Virus record (IMG/VR): IMGVR_UViG_3300020473_000015
Length of the DNA: 64,000 bases
Source of the DNA: a virus
Reading direction: 5' to 3' (one strand)
Part shown: piece after piece, positions 1 to 8,413 of the stretch
Layout of the letters: each line of letters opens with the position of its first letter
Numbering within the stretch: the stretch's first letter is position 1
Notes under the pieces: model-generated
Databases searched by the model: none
Told to the model about the DNA's origin: nothing
Seen by the model: only the letters and a program-made list of their open reading frames with translations
Position numbers and translations under genes: made by a program

Positions 1-1
1 C

Positions 2-169
2 ATGGAAGAAGTCATTCACAAAATGGCAGATGAAGAAAATTATGACAAAGGTACAAGCTGTTTTATTATTTCAGAAACTCTAGCACTTCAGTTTACTATG
101 TACATGAAGGCGTTGGTAATTTCTAAAGAGAATATTGCTAACAATAATTATTCTATTTCTCTTCATTAG
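2..169 (+). CDS. Hypothetical protein, probably the 3' end of a gene truncated by the window edge
   Basis: Open frame from base 2 (MEEVIHKMADEENYDKG...) to TAG at 167-169; not in the ORF track. Confidence 0.45.
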   Translation: MEEVIHKMADEENYDKGTSCFIISETLALQFTMYMKALVISKENIANNNYSISLH

Positions 170-183
170 AACCTACTTACTTT

Positions 184-654
184 ATGGCAGAAATTATATA
201 TATTTCCTTTTGGTTTCTAATGGCCTATATTTATGGAGGATTGTCTGAATGGGCACTTCATAAATATATTTTACATGGTCTTGGGAAAAGGAAAAAAAGT
301 GTATTTTCTTTTCATTGGCATTCTCACCACAAAACGTGCAGAAAGAACGAAAACAGGGATGCAAACTATACTAAGCGTCCAATGTCAAAGCCCGTTAAGA
401 AAGAGTTATTTTCGTTATTTTTATTGATTTGGGCGCACTCTATATTTTTATTTATTCAGCCGTATTTTTTTCTTGGCCTCGTGCTTTATGTTTGTCGTTA
501 TTTTTATATGCACCGAAAGGCACATATTGATGTTGAGTGGGGTAAAAAGAATATTCCGTGGCACTATGATCACCACATGGGAAGAAATCAAGATGCCAAT
601 TATGGAGTTACCGTTGAGTGGCCCGACAAACTATTTAAAACAAGGAAGAAATAA
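184..654 (+). CDS. Fatty acid hydroxylase / sterol desaturase family membrane protein
   Basis: His boxes EWALHKYILH, HWHSHH, MHRKAH and HYDHH, NYGVT motif, and two hydrophobic segments. Confidence 0.8.
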   Translation: MAEIIYISFWFLMAYIYGGLSEWALHKYILHGLGKRKKSVFSFHWHSHHKTCRKNENRDANYTKRPMSKPVKKELFSLFLLIWAHSIFLFIQPYFFLGLVLYVCRYFYMHRKAHIDVEWGKKNIPWHYDHHMGRNQDANYGVTVEWPDKLFKTRKK

Positions 655-657
655 TTA

Positions 658-903
658 ATGAGATTATTATTGATAGTGGTTTTTACTATATTTTCTTTGA
701 GTGTAAGTGCCGCGCCGCCAAAGAAATCTACTAAATCTAAATTTTATGATTTTGGAGAACAAATGATCGACGGTGAAATCCGAAAGCCAACAGCACTTTA
801 TACAGACGCACGCCAAAAAGCTCAATTCAGTCGGCTCTTGAAGCTAAAGAAATCTTTTTTACCTAAACTTTTTGCAACATCTAAAGAAAAAATCTTCAAA
901 TAG
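658..903 (+). CDS. Secreted small protein resembling adventurous gliding motility protein CglF/GltF
   Basis: Signal peptide followed by YDFGEQMIDGEIRKP...DARQKAQFSRLLKLKKSFLPKL, matching the DF..D.I.GEL.KP....AR....F..LI..R..F pattern recalled for CglF/GltF. Confidence 0.6.
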   Translation: MRLLLIVVFTIFSLSVSAAPPKKSTKSKFYDFGEQMIDGEIRKPTALYTDARQKAQFSRLLKLKKSFLPKLFATSKEKIFK

Positions 904-1024
904 AGTAGATAATTATTCTTTTTTCATCTTCCGAACATATGTATTAATAGAGGTGTGAATTTTTATTCGCACTTTCCCACAAATTATATGTTGTGAAACT
1001 TTATTTTGAAAGTTTGCTAGGGAG

Positions 1025-1720
1025 GTGCATTCTTTGTCAACTAGAATAAAAGCTAAGTATGTTTTTTTAGCCTTTGTGCCATATTTTATCTTTTATTTTT
1101 TAATTCAATCTGCCATCACGACAAGCCATTATGACCTATTAACATTTTTGGATGCTAAAGTCCCATTCATTCCTCAATTTATTTGGATATATCACACGAT
1201 CATACCAGTTACAGTAATCACGAGCTTTGTATTGTTTCAGAAAAGAGAGTTATTTTTATCTTTGACATATGCCAATTTACTTGCTGGGACGATACTTTGC
1301 TTGTTTTATATATTATTTCCATCCTTTTATCCAAGAGAAGGATTTGTTGATACTACTACTATTTCTGGTCTTTTTGTTGAGTTTACGAGAGCCATCGACG
1401 GAGCGCACAATACTTTCCCTTCAGGTCATGTTACATTTTCTTGGTTATTAACTTTTTTTGTTGGATTGTCACAAAAAGGTAGACAATGTTCAATTTTTAG
1501 GGTATTATATTTTTGTTGGGCAATTTTAATTTCAATTTCCACGCTAACTTTGAAACAACATTTTTTAATAGATGTGGTTTGCGGAATCTTATTGGCTCGC
1601 ATTATTTTTCTAATATTTAGAAATATGTTTTCGGCTAGCAGCCAGAGGAATCTAATTACTATAGATGCTGACTTCATACCCCCAAGAACTTCTACAAAAG
1701 AAGTGCCAATTGATTGTTAG
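1025..1720 (+). CDS. PAP2-superfamily membrane phosphatase/phosphotransferase (PAP2_3, AUR1/IPC synthase-like)
   Basis: Multi-TM protein with NTFPSGH and KQHFLIDVVCG catalytic motifs; GTG start after GGAGG. Confidence 0.8.
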   Translation: MHSLSTRIKAKYVFLAFVPYFIFYFLIQSAITTSHYDLLTFLDAKVPFIPQFIWIYHTIIPVTVITSFVLFQKRELFLSLTYANLLAGTILCLFYILFPSFYPREGFVDTTTISGLFVEFTRAIDGAHNTFPSGHVTFSWLLTFFVGLSQKGRQCSIFRVLYFCWAILISISTLTLKQHFLIDVVCGILLARIIFLIFRNMFSASSQRNLITIDADFIPPRTSTKEVPIDC

Positions 1721-2249
1721 GGACACACTAAAGGAAAAGTATGTAAATTTATTTGTTAGAAATTTCACTCTCAGAGAGGGAGAAAAAACTAGCATCTCGT
1801 GCAGTGTTGCATTTTCAAACGAGTGGGATGATATTTTTATTGAAGGCACAGGCGAAGGTGCAGTTGATGCTTTGTTCACTACTATGGTTAGTGCATTTTC
1901 TGAACAATATCGCTCACTTAGCCAAGTAGGTTTTGATGATTTTGTTATGCAAGTTAAATTTAAGACCAATGTGCGTAAGACTGCATCTCCTGTTGAGATC
2001 AAAATGGCACTGAAGAATGCACAAGGAAAAGATATATATTTTTCTTCTGAATCCAATTCAATGGTAAAGGCTACAATATCAGTTGTTGTTTCAGCTTGTG
2101 AATATCTGATAAATGCGGAGAGAGCCATTGTTCAACTGAGAGAAGATATAAAGGGAGCGCGAAAGAGACGAAGAAATGATTTGATTGAAGCCTATATGAA
2201 TCAAATGGTTGATTTAGTTAGCATTACTTCATACGAAGAAATTTCTTAA
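1665..2249 (+). CDS. Stand-alone LeuA (2-isopropylmalate synthase) regulatory/dimerisation domain-like protein
   Basis: EGTGEGAVDALF motif (cf. GNGPVDA), beta-rich pattern and SESNSMVKATISVV; no catalytic TIM barrel. Confidence 0.5.
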   Translation: MLTSYPQELLQKKCQLIVRDTLKEKYVNLFVRNFTLREGEKTSISCSVAFSNEWDDIFIEGTGEGAVDALFTTMVSAFSEQYRSLSQVGFDDFVMQVKFKTNVRKTASPVEIKMALKNAQGKDIYFSSESNSMVKATISVVVSACEYLINAERAIVQLREDIKGARKRRRNDLIEAYMNQMVDLVSITSYEEIS

Positions 2250-2258
2250 TTTTTTTTG

Positions 2259-2287
2259 TTGACAAATACTTTATTTTTGTGTATCAT
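2259..2287 (+). promoter_or_regulatory. Sigma70-type early promoter P1
   Basis: TTGACA-N17-TATCAT with TG extension and upstream T-tract; ATG at 2294. Confidence 0.75.
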
Positions 2288-2293
2288 GTGAAC

Positions 2294-2335
2294 ATGAGTA
2301 AAAATAAACCTATAATGAGTAAAAATAAACCTATA
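2294..2335 (+). repeat. Perfect 21-bp tandem duplication of the start region (MSKNKPI x2)
   Basis: atgagtaaaaataaacctata at 2294-2314 and 2315-2335. Confidence 0.95.
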
Positions 2336-2620
2336 GTTTGCGCCGATGGATTTACGATGAGTGTTCAAGCGAACGCACACGCATATTGTAGCCCTCGTAT
2401 CGATAGCGCGGAAAAATATACAGAAGCTGAAGTGGGATACCCATCAGAAGAAGAGCCGTTGCTCCTGAATTGGGCTGAAAACCCTGAAAGACCGACCAAC
2501 ACGGTTTATCCCTATGTACCATCGGATCGGATAACACTTGTGTGTGCCAAACACGGCGGCATCGTCGAAGGGGATTTGCCCAGCGGTATCGCATACTTAG
2601 CCGCGTCCAATTTAAAATGA
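2294..2620 (+). CDS. Hypothetical phage protein (CADGFTMSVQA motif)
   Basis: ORF track 2279..2620; ATG 2294 sits 7 nt after the -10 box. Confidence 0.7.
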   Translation: MSKNKPIMSKNKPIVCADGFTMSVQANAHAYCSPRIDSAEKYTEAEVGYPSEEEPLLLNWAENPERPTNTVYPYVPSDRITLVCAKHGGIVEGDLPSGIAYLAASNLK

Positions 2621-2793
2621 AAGTGGGCGACCTAGTTCTAGTTGGACCAGCAAATGATGGCACACCTAGTATAATTGTAAGCATGGAGGTGAAAGGCCGC
2701 CGCTTTGCAGGTTCAGTGGTGATCTTTTGTCCTGATATTCAAGATGAGGTGGTGATGGGCAAGCAATGGCTCACAGTCATCTCTTCTGCATAG
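2617..2793 (+). CDS. MxVGDLV SH3/KOW-like mini-protein
   Basis: MKVGDLVLV...LTVISSA; ATGA overlap with the upstream stop. Confidence 0.7.
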   Translation: MKVGDLVLVGPANDGTPSIIVSMEVKGRRFAGSVVIFCPDIQDEVVMGKQWLTVISSA

Positions 2794-2820
2794 TTTTTTT
2801 ATTTTTTTGTTTTTTTTCTC

Positions 2821-2849
2821 TTGACAATTTCATTCTGGTGTGAGATAAT
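2821..2849 (+). promoter_or_regulatory. Early promoter P2
   Basis: TTGACA-N17-GATAAT (tgtgagataat). Confidence 0.8.
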
Positions 2850-2881
2850 TATAAAAGAACGTGGTAGGAGTAAGGAACCAA

Positions 2882-3550
2882 ATGAAACGAGAATTCATCG
2901 AACGAATTAACCAAGTGTTGAGTGTTCATTCAAAACATAGTCTACTTTCTAATTGGGAGGCTGGGTTCTGCGAATCTCTTCTTGACCAAGCAAATCGTGG
3001 TCGCAATTTTTCTGAAAAGCAGTTGTCAGTGCTCAGTCGTTGCGAGGAAAAATGCTCTTCAGAGGGAATTGAAGCCGCTGAGAATTGGGCGAGAGATTAT
3101 GCTGAAAAATATCGTGCAATTGCAATGGTTTGTGCGACCTATTATAACAAATCACAATACTTCCGCAGCTTGTCCTCTCAGGTGCTTCACGACCCTGACT
3201 TCGTACCTACTCAGAATGCGTATAAGAAGATGTGCGAAAACAAGTATGCCAAGAAGGTGTTAGCATCTGTCAACAGTGCGCCTAAATACGCCATAGGCAG
3301 CACAGTGGAGCTTCGTCAGGGCCAAACCCACAACTATATCTATGCACACTTGGCTAATGTGCCATGTCTCGTCCTAGAAACGCTCTCAGAGGTTGTCACT
3401 GCTGCAAAGGGTGGAAAGCAGTATAGAATTCTTCCATATGGGAGAGCAAACACTCTTGTTGTCGAAGAGCGACATATTAAAAACAGCAAACGTAAGAAAA
3501 AGGCTAAAAAGACAGTCTTTTCCGAGACTTCCGAGGATATTCCATTTTAA
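2882..3550 (+). CDS. Hypothetical protein with C-terminal SH3-like segment
   Basis: ORF 2861..3550, ATG 2882 after AAGGA; C-terminal KYAIGSTVELR...LVVEERHIK. Confidence 0.75.
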   Translation: MKREFIERINQVLSVHSKHSLLSNWEAGFCESLLDQANRGRNFSEKQLSVLSRCEEKCSSEGIEAAENWARDYAEKYRAIAMVCATYYNKSQYFRSLSSQVLHDPDFVPTQNAYKKMCENKYAKKVLASVNSAPKYAIGSTVELRQGQTHNYIYAHLANVPCLVLETLSEVVTAAKGGKQYRILPYGRANTLVVEERHIKNSKRKKKAKKTVFSETSEDIPF

Positions 3551-3573
3551 TTCAAAAAAAGTGAAAAAAGTTG

Positions 3574-3602
3574 TTGACATTTCAGAAAAGATGTGAGATA
3601 AT
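3574..3602 (+). promoter_or_regulatory. Early promoter P3
   Basis: TTGACA-N17-GATAAT preceded by aaaaaaagtgaaaaaag UP-like tract. Confidence 0.8.
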
Positions 3603-3649
3603 GTGTCCAAGATAATGAGTTGCCGGGAGGCACAAAGGAGACTTTCAGA

Positions 3650-3898
3650 ATGAGTAGTGATAATGTTGTAGACTTCGCAGACTATCAAAACCGCATTGCA
3701 ATTGCCAACCTTTCAGATGGCGTTGAAGGCTCTTTTGATGATGACCTTTCTCTTACACTATTGAGGATGTATGAGAAGGGATTGATAACAGTGGGATACA
3801 GTGAGGATGGTGAGCTTCTTTTCGAGGCTAGTCCCACCGCAAGCGAAGAAGAATGGAATGATGCGAGAGATGAATTCCTTTCTAATACGCACACTTAG
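3650..3898 (+). CDS. Acidic hypothetical protein
   Basis: ATG 3650 after AAGGAG, in frame with ORF 3620..3898. Confidence 0.7.
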   Translation: MSSDNVVDFADYQNRIAIANLSDGVEGSFDDDLSLTLLRMYEKGLITVGYSEDGELLFEASPTASEEEWNDARDEFLSNTHT

Positions 3899-3928
3899 AA
3901 AAAAAGTGAAAAAAAGAGAAAAAAGTAC

Positions 3929-3957
3929 TTGACTTTTTTCTTTTCGTGTGAGATAAT
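3929..3957 (+). promoter_or_regulatory. Early promoter P4
   Basis: TTGACT-N17-GATAAT, A-tract upstream. Confidence 0.8.
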
Positions 3958-3998
3958 TATATTCAGAAAGGTCGGAAAACAAAGGAGCTTAATTCGAC

Positions 3999-5081
3999 AT
4001 GGCAATTGACTTTAAAACATTTCTCTCTTGCGCCCCTCATGTAGTGGCAGTCCGAAAACCCATCCTACTTCGTGGTCGTCACGGAGTCGGCAAATCCGAG
4101 GTCGTATATCAAGTGGCCGAGAGCATGGGTCTGCCAGTAGTTGAGCGTCGTGCGTCTCAGATGACCGAAGGCGACCTGTTAGGTATGCCTTCGCCTGAGT
4201 TGGTCGAAGTTAACGGCGAACAGGCTTCTGTTTTTCGGCCTTTCTCTTGGCTCATTCAGTCCTGCACAGAGCCTGTGGTATTGTTCCTCGACGAAGTGGA
4301 CAGGGCTACAACCGAAGTCCGTCAGGGCATTTTCGAGCTAACTGATAGCCGAAAGATTGCTGGATGGACTCTACATGAGGACACCATCGTCATCGCCGCT
4401 GTAAACGGTGGTGAGCACGGTTCACAGTATCAAGTGAACGAGATGGACCCTGCGGAGTTGGACCGTTACACAGTTTTCGATGTTGAGCCTTCTGTTGAAG
4501 ACTGGCTTGATTGGGGTAAAAACAATGTTGCTGGCATTGTTTGGGACTTTATTAATCAGAACCGTCAGCACTTGGAGCATACAGACGATTATGAGCCTAA
4601 CAAGGTTTATCCCTCTCGTCGCTCTTGGAAACGACTGAACGACTGCCTTGATAAAGGTGGGTTGCTTGAAGAGGCTTCACCGCTTCTATTCAACCTTGCA
4701 ACTGGCTTTGTTGGCTTCGAGGCTGCTGTTAGTTTCAACGACTTCGTAAAGAATTACGAAAGAGTTGTTACCGTCGAAGATGTTCTTGTGGACGGCAAGA
4801 TTGACGCAACAAGCACTTTCGACATCAATGAGCATTGCGCCTTGATTGAGAAGATGGATGCAAAAGATACCTTCAAGAAGGCACTTTTGGATAATGAAGT
4901 CCAGCACTTGGCAGACTATGCCGTGACGATTCCGTCAGAGGCATTCATGAAGCTATGGCAACTAATTGGAGCAGGTGACGTGTTGGAAAACACCAAACGA
5001 CTTCACATGGCTACTGCTTCCAACGGTGTTCGCGTTTCTTCCTACATCGTTGAAATTCTCACTGGTAACAAAACTGAATAA
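3999..5081 (+). CDS. MoxR-like AAA+ ATPase
   Basis: Walker A GRHGVGKS, Walker B LFLDE, sensor AAVN, MDPAELDRY, SRRSW. Confidence 0.9.
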   Translation: MAIDFKTFLSCAPHVVAVRKPILLRGRHGVGKSEVVYQVAESMGLPVVERRASQMTEGDLLGMPSPELVEVNGEQASVFRPFSWLIQSCTEPVVLFLDEVDRATTEVRQGIFELTDSRKIAGWTLHEDTIVIAAVNGGEHGSQYQVNEMDPAELDRYTVFDVEPSVEDWLDWGKNNVAGIVWDFINQNRQHLEHTDDYEPNKVYPSRRSWKRLNDCLDKGGLLEEASPLLFNLATGFVGFEAAVSFNDFVKNYERVVTVEDVLVDGKIDATSTFDINEHCALIEKMDAKDTFKKALLDNEVQHLADYAVTIPSEAFMKLWQLIGAGDVLENTKRLHMATASNGVRVSSYIVEILTGNKTE

Positions 5082-5087
5082 ACTAAA

Positions 5088-5126
5088 AAGCCCCACCAAA
5101 AAAAGTTGGTGGGGTTTCACTTTTTT
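5088..5126 (+). terminator. Rho-independent terminator
   Basis: Stem ccccaccaa (5091-5099) / ttggtgggg (5106-5114) followed by tttcacttttttcc. Confidence 0.75.
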
Positions 5127-5128
5127 CC

Positions 5129-5157
5129 TTGACAAATCATCACTTCTGTGAGATAAT
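5129..5157 (+). promoter_or_regulatory. Early promoter P5
   Basis: TTGACA-N17-GATAAT; ATG 5164 at +7. Confidence 0.8.
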
Positions 5158-5163
5158 GTATAC

Positions 5164-6408
5164 ATGAATGAGACAAATCAAACGTTTGACTTGAATCGGC
5201 ACACTGCACGACTTTTGATGCAGGAGCCGTTCTTCGCCTCTCTCAGCCGTAGAGTTTCTAAGGCTGCGAGTACTGCCATTCCAACTGCTGGTGTACGTGT
5301 CAATCCTGACACTGCTCGATTCGAGATGGTGTACAATCCCAGTTTTTTCGCGACGTTGACTGACGAAGAGCGCACTGCTGTACTCATTCATGAGTTTTAT
5401 CATCTTATCTTTCAGCATGTTACAGACCGCAAACCGTGGACAGGCCAAGATGTGAAACCAAAAGAGGCTCGCCTCTGGAACATCGCCTGTGATTTGGCAA
5501 TTAACTGTCATATCAATAACTTACCTGAAGCAGCATGCGTACCGGGAGTTGGTCCTTTTGCTGAATACTCTCGCTATCTCTCTGCGGAGGCTTACTTCGA
5601 GATGTTGAAGAAGGGTCAAGAGGATAAAGAACAAGAAGATGATGACAAAGGCGAAGAGGGCGAAGGCAACGGTTCTGGTGATGGGTCTGGCAGTGGTTCT
5701 GAAATGCCTGAAGATTCTTTCGACTGTCATGACGGCTGGGGCGAAGGCGAGTCAACTGCAAATGAGATTGCGAAAGAGCGCGTCAAAGAGTATCTGAAGG
5801 AAGCTGCGAAAGACGCACAGAATTCTGGGCAAGGTTGGGGCAGTGTCACTTCTCAGATGCAAAAAGAGATTCTGGAGCGTCTGACCACAAAGGTTGATTG
5901 GAAGAAGGTTCTTCGTTACTTCGTAAAGACTTCTCGTCGTGCAAGTCAAAGAAGCACTGTCAAACGCCTCAACAAGCGTTACGCATACATTCATGCTGGC
6001 AAGAAGGTTACTCGACGTGCCAACATCGCTATCAGCATCGATCAAAGTGGCTCTGTTAGTGACAATATGTTGGCTGCTTTCTTTAGTGAACTCAACAAGT
6101 TAGCTAAACTAGCAGAGTTTACTGTTATACCCTTTGATGATGAAGTGTTCGAGGAAAAGGTGTACGTTTGGAAGAAAGGCGAGAATAGAAAGTGGGAACG
6201 TGTATTGTGCGGTGGCACCAACTTTGATGCACCGACTGAATATGTCAACAAGCATGGCTTTGATGGTCACATCGTTCTGACTGACTTGATGGCACCAAAA
6301 CCAAAGGCTTCAAAATGTCAACGCATGTGGATGACCACAGAATACTACGCTCGACATCCGTACTTTAAAACTAACGAGCGAGTGCTCGCAATTGACGTTG
6401 AAAATTAA
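5164..6408 (+). CDS. DUF2201-type metallopeptidase-like + VWA-like domain protein (MoxR partner)
   Basis: HEFYH zincin motif, WNIACDLAIN, acidic Gly-rich linker, MIDAS IDQSGS, GGTNF, VLTD. Confidence 0.85.
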   Translation: MNETNQTFDLNRHTARLLMQEPFFASLSRRVSKAASTAIPTAGVRVNPDTARFEMVYNPSFFATLTDEERTAVLIHEFYHLIFQHVTDRKPWTGQDVKPKEARLWNIACDLAINCHINNLPEAACVPGVGPFAEYSRYLSAEAYFEMLKKGQEDKEQEDDDKGEEGEGNGSGDGSGSGSEMPEDSFDCHDGWGEGESTANEIAKERVKEYLKEAAKDAQNSGQGWGSVTSQMQKEILERLTTKVDWKKVLRYFVKTSRRASQRSTVKRLNKRYAYIHAGKKVTRRANIAISIDQSGSVSDNMLAAFFSELNKLAKLAEFTVIPFDDEVFEEKVYVWKKGENRKWERVLCGGTNFDAPTEYVNKHGFDGHIVLTDLMAPKPKASKCQRMWMTTEYYARHPYFKTNERVLAIDVEN

Positions 6409-6420
6409 TCAAAAAAATAC

Positions 6421-6449
6421 TTGACTTTCTCGCGAACTTGTGAGATAAT
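6421..6449 (+). promoter_or_regulatory. Early promoter P6
   Basis: TTGACT-N17-GATAAT. Confidence 0.8.
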
Positions 6450-6482
6450 ATACAAGAACTCGTAGGAAAAGGAGAAAAATAC

Positions 6483-7076
6483 ATGAGTTTTGACGGCACA
6501 GTAAGATGTAGTTGGTGCTACAGCAAAGGCCACAATCGTAATGGGTGCGAAGAAAGAAAGAAGTATATTGCTGATAACCCAGATTCTTATGAAGCAAAAC
6601 GGGAACAAACACGTAAATCTCGAAACCGTCGATGTTCCTACTGTAGTGGAACAGGACACACTCGTCGAACATGCCCTATAATGAAAGAGGACAGAATTAA
6701 AGTTGCAAACGCTTTACAAATCAGTCGTCGTGAGATTAGACACCGCTTGATTGCTGAAGGTCTGGGAATTGGCAGCTTGGTTAGCGTTGTCGATTGGCAC
6801 AACAACCGCGTGGGAATCGTAAAAGAGATTGAGTGGAAAAACATCAACGAGTTGCAGACTTTCAAGTTCACACTCATGAGCGCAACAGATAGAACACGAT
6901 GGTATTGCGTCAATTTAGAGCGAGATAGCCTTAAAGTGCTTGGGCCTGTGTCATCTCACAGTATTGAAAGAGGCATGCCGCAAGAATGGAGAAGCGGCCT
7001 ACTTTACGATGAGAACCACTTCTTTGAAAAGGGTCAACGTCGTAAGCCTTTCCTATGGGGAGAAAACACATGGTAA
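6483..7076 (+). CDS. Protein with two CCHC zinc knuckles and an SH3-like segment
   Basis: CSWCYSKGHNRNGC and CSYCSGTGHTRRTC; LGIGSLVSV...RVGIVKEI. Confidence 0.75.
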   Translation: MSFDGTVRCSWCYSKGHNRNGCEERKKYIADNPDSYEAKREQTRKSRNRRCSYCSGTGHTRRTCPIMKEDRIKVANALQISRREIRHRLIAEGLGIGSLVSVVDWHNNRVGIVKEIEWKNINELQTFKFTLMSATDRTRWYCVNLERDSLKVLGPVSSHSIERGMPQEWRSGLLYDENHFFEKGQRRKPFLWGENTW

Positions 7077-7396
7077 AAACAATTTATCTTGCAGTCCGGG
7101 AACATAAGCACGGTGTTGATAACTCTGCTCACACAACTGAGACTGGTGCAAAAAAGCAACTTGCGGCATGGGCGCGTGAAACGCTTGACGATTGGCATAT
7201 CGACGGCAAACAGTATTCTTCGTTGGACGTTTGTGGTGAAGAGCATCCAACCTTCGAAGATGACGCTCTCATCGAAGCATGGCCCGAATTGACAGGCGAA
7301 ACTGAGTTTCTGCGGGTGGAGATGCTGCATCTGCATCACGACGAGCCGAGCGAGAAAGAAAATTGGACTGCTGACACTTCCCATATTGGAGCTTAA
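7070..7396 (+). CDS. Hypothetical protein
   Basis: ATG 7070 after GGGAG, in frame with ORF 7055..7396. Confidence 0.65.
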   Translation: MVKTIYLAVREHKHGVDNSAHTTETGAKKQLAAWARETLDDWHIDGKQYSSLDVCGEEHPTFEDDALIEAWPELTGETEFLRVEMLHLHHDEPSEKENWTADTSHIGA

Positions 7397-7397
7397 A

Positions 7398-7652
7398 ATG
7401 GCATATCCTGAAAACAATGAAAAGAACAGACTTGAACTAGCATCTAAAATTCTTAGCGGCTGGAGCCGTGAGGACTTGGAAGTATACGTCACCACTCAGT
7501 TTGTCGATGATTATCGGCATGCACCGGACATCTTTGACGAAACATGGGACGACTTCAAAGATTCATTCGAGTGGTCACAGGAACTGCGCGAAAGTGTGAA
7601 AGAAAATTGCCCTAATCCCGGTTGTCATTGCGGCGCATGCGAGGAAGATTAG
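7398..7652 (+). CDS. Hypothetical protein with C-terminal Cys cluster
   Basis: ATG 7398 after GGAG; ends CPNPGCHCGACEED. Confidence 0.65.
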   Translation: MAYPENNEKNRLELASKILSGWSREDLEVYVTTQFVDDYRHAPDIFDETWDDFKDSFEWSQELRESVKENCPNPGCHCGACEED

Positions 7653-7729
7653 TGGAATTATTGGGCTTATTGATACCAGTGGCAGCAATTGTGCTGTTCA
7701 TCTGGAGAGAAGAATCATCAAAAAAATAG
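7652..7729 (+). CDS. Micro membrane peptide (25 aa)
   Basis: GTG overlapping the upstream TAG, GAGG upstream; MELLGLLIPVAAIVLFIWREESSKK. Confidence 0.5.
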   Translation: MELLGLLIPVAAIVLFIWREESSKK

Positions 7730-7734
7730 GAGAA

Positions 7735-7899
7735 ATGATGACTAGAGAAGAAGAATTAAGACAACTTGCTGAATTTGTTAAGAAAAATGGGGTAACAAAG
7801 TTGCCAAAGGATGAGCGTGGACCGGACTTTGTAGCTATCAGTGCATGGGGCAAGCCACGTAGAAAAAAGGCGAAAAAGGCAAAAAAAGCTAAGAAATAA
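7735..7899 (+). CDS. Small basic protein (54 aa)
   Basis: AGGAG SD; MMTREEELRQLAEFVKKNGVTKLP...RRKKAKKAKKAKK. Confidence 0.65.
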   Translation: MMTREEELRQLAEFVKKNGVTKLPKDERGPDFVAISAWGKPRRKKAKKAKKAKK

Positions 7900-7900
7900 C

Positions 7901-7929
7901 TTGACAGATGCAGTGAGGTTTGATATACT
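7901..7929 (+). promoter_or_regulatory. Early promoter P7
   Basis: TTGACA-N17-TATACT; ATG 7936 at +7. Confidence 0.75.
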
Positions 7930-7935
7930 GTACAA

Positions 7936-8091
7936 ATGAGAGTTGGGGATTTAGTAAAATATATAACAGGCTGCACTGCCATAGTCTTATGGGTGAATCA
8001 TGCTGGCGGCACAGTAAAAGTTGTCAATGACAACGGAAGGATAGCTTGGCTAGTCACTTCTGACTGTGAGGTAATCAGTGCAGCAAGGTAA
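7936..8091 (+). CDS. MxVGDLV SH3/KOW-like mini-protein (51 aa)
   Basis: MRVGDLVKYITGCTAIVLWV...CEVISAAR; below the ORF-track cutoff. Confidence 0.7.
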   Translation: MRVGDLVKYITGCTAIVLWVNHAGGTVKVVNDNGRIAWLVTSDCEVISAAR

Positions 8092-8147
8092 ATTAATGGC
8101 TTTGGTCATCTTGGCATGGATGGTGTTATTCCTAATAGCGGAGGTAC

Positions 8148-8354
8148 GTGACAAATGAAACTCATGTGACAATAAAAATATCGAAAAGAAAAGCGGCCAA
8201 GTGGATATATGATCACATAAACAAACCTTCAATGACTCTCTTGAAGGCAACAAATAAAAGGAGTCTGGTAAAGTGGCGCGACGAGGACAGCGGCCCGTTT
8301 TTCTTTTGTATTCAAGATGAAAAAAAAGTTAAACGGCGTGAAAAAAACTCTTGA
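8148..8354 (+). CDS. Hypothetical basic protein
   Basis: GTG after GGAGG; its stop TGA lies inside the next TTGACA box. Confidence 0.55.
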   Translation: MTNETHVTIKISKRKAAKWIYDHINKPSMTLLKATNKRSLVKWRDEDSGPFFFCIQDEKKVKRREKNS

Positions 8355-8379
8355 CAAACCTTGTTTTATATGAGATAAT
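8351..8379 (+). promoter_or_regulatory. Early promoter P8
   Basis: TTGACA-N17-GATAAT followed by leader tagaaacaatcgagaaagg. Confidence 0.8.
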
Positions 8380-8413
8380 ACTTATAGAAACAATCGAGAA
8401 AGGATTCAAGAAC

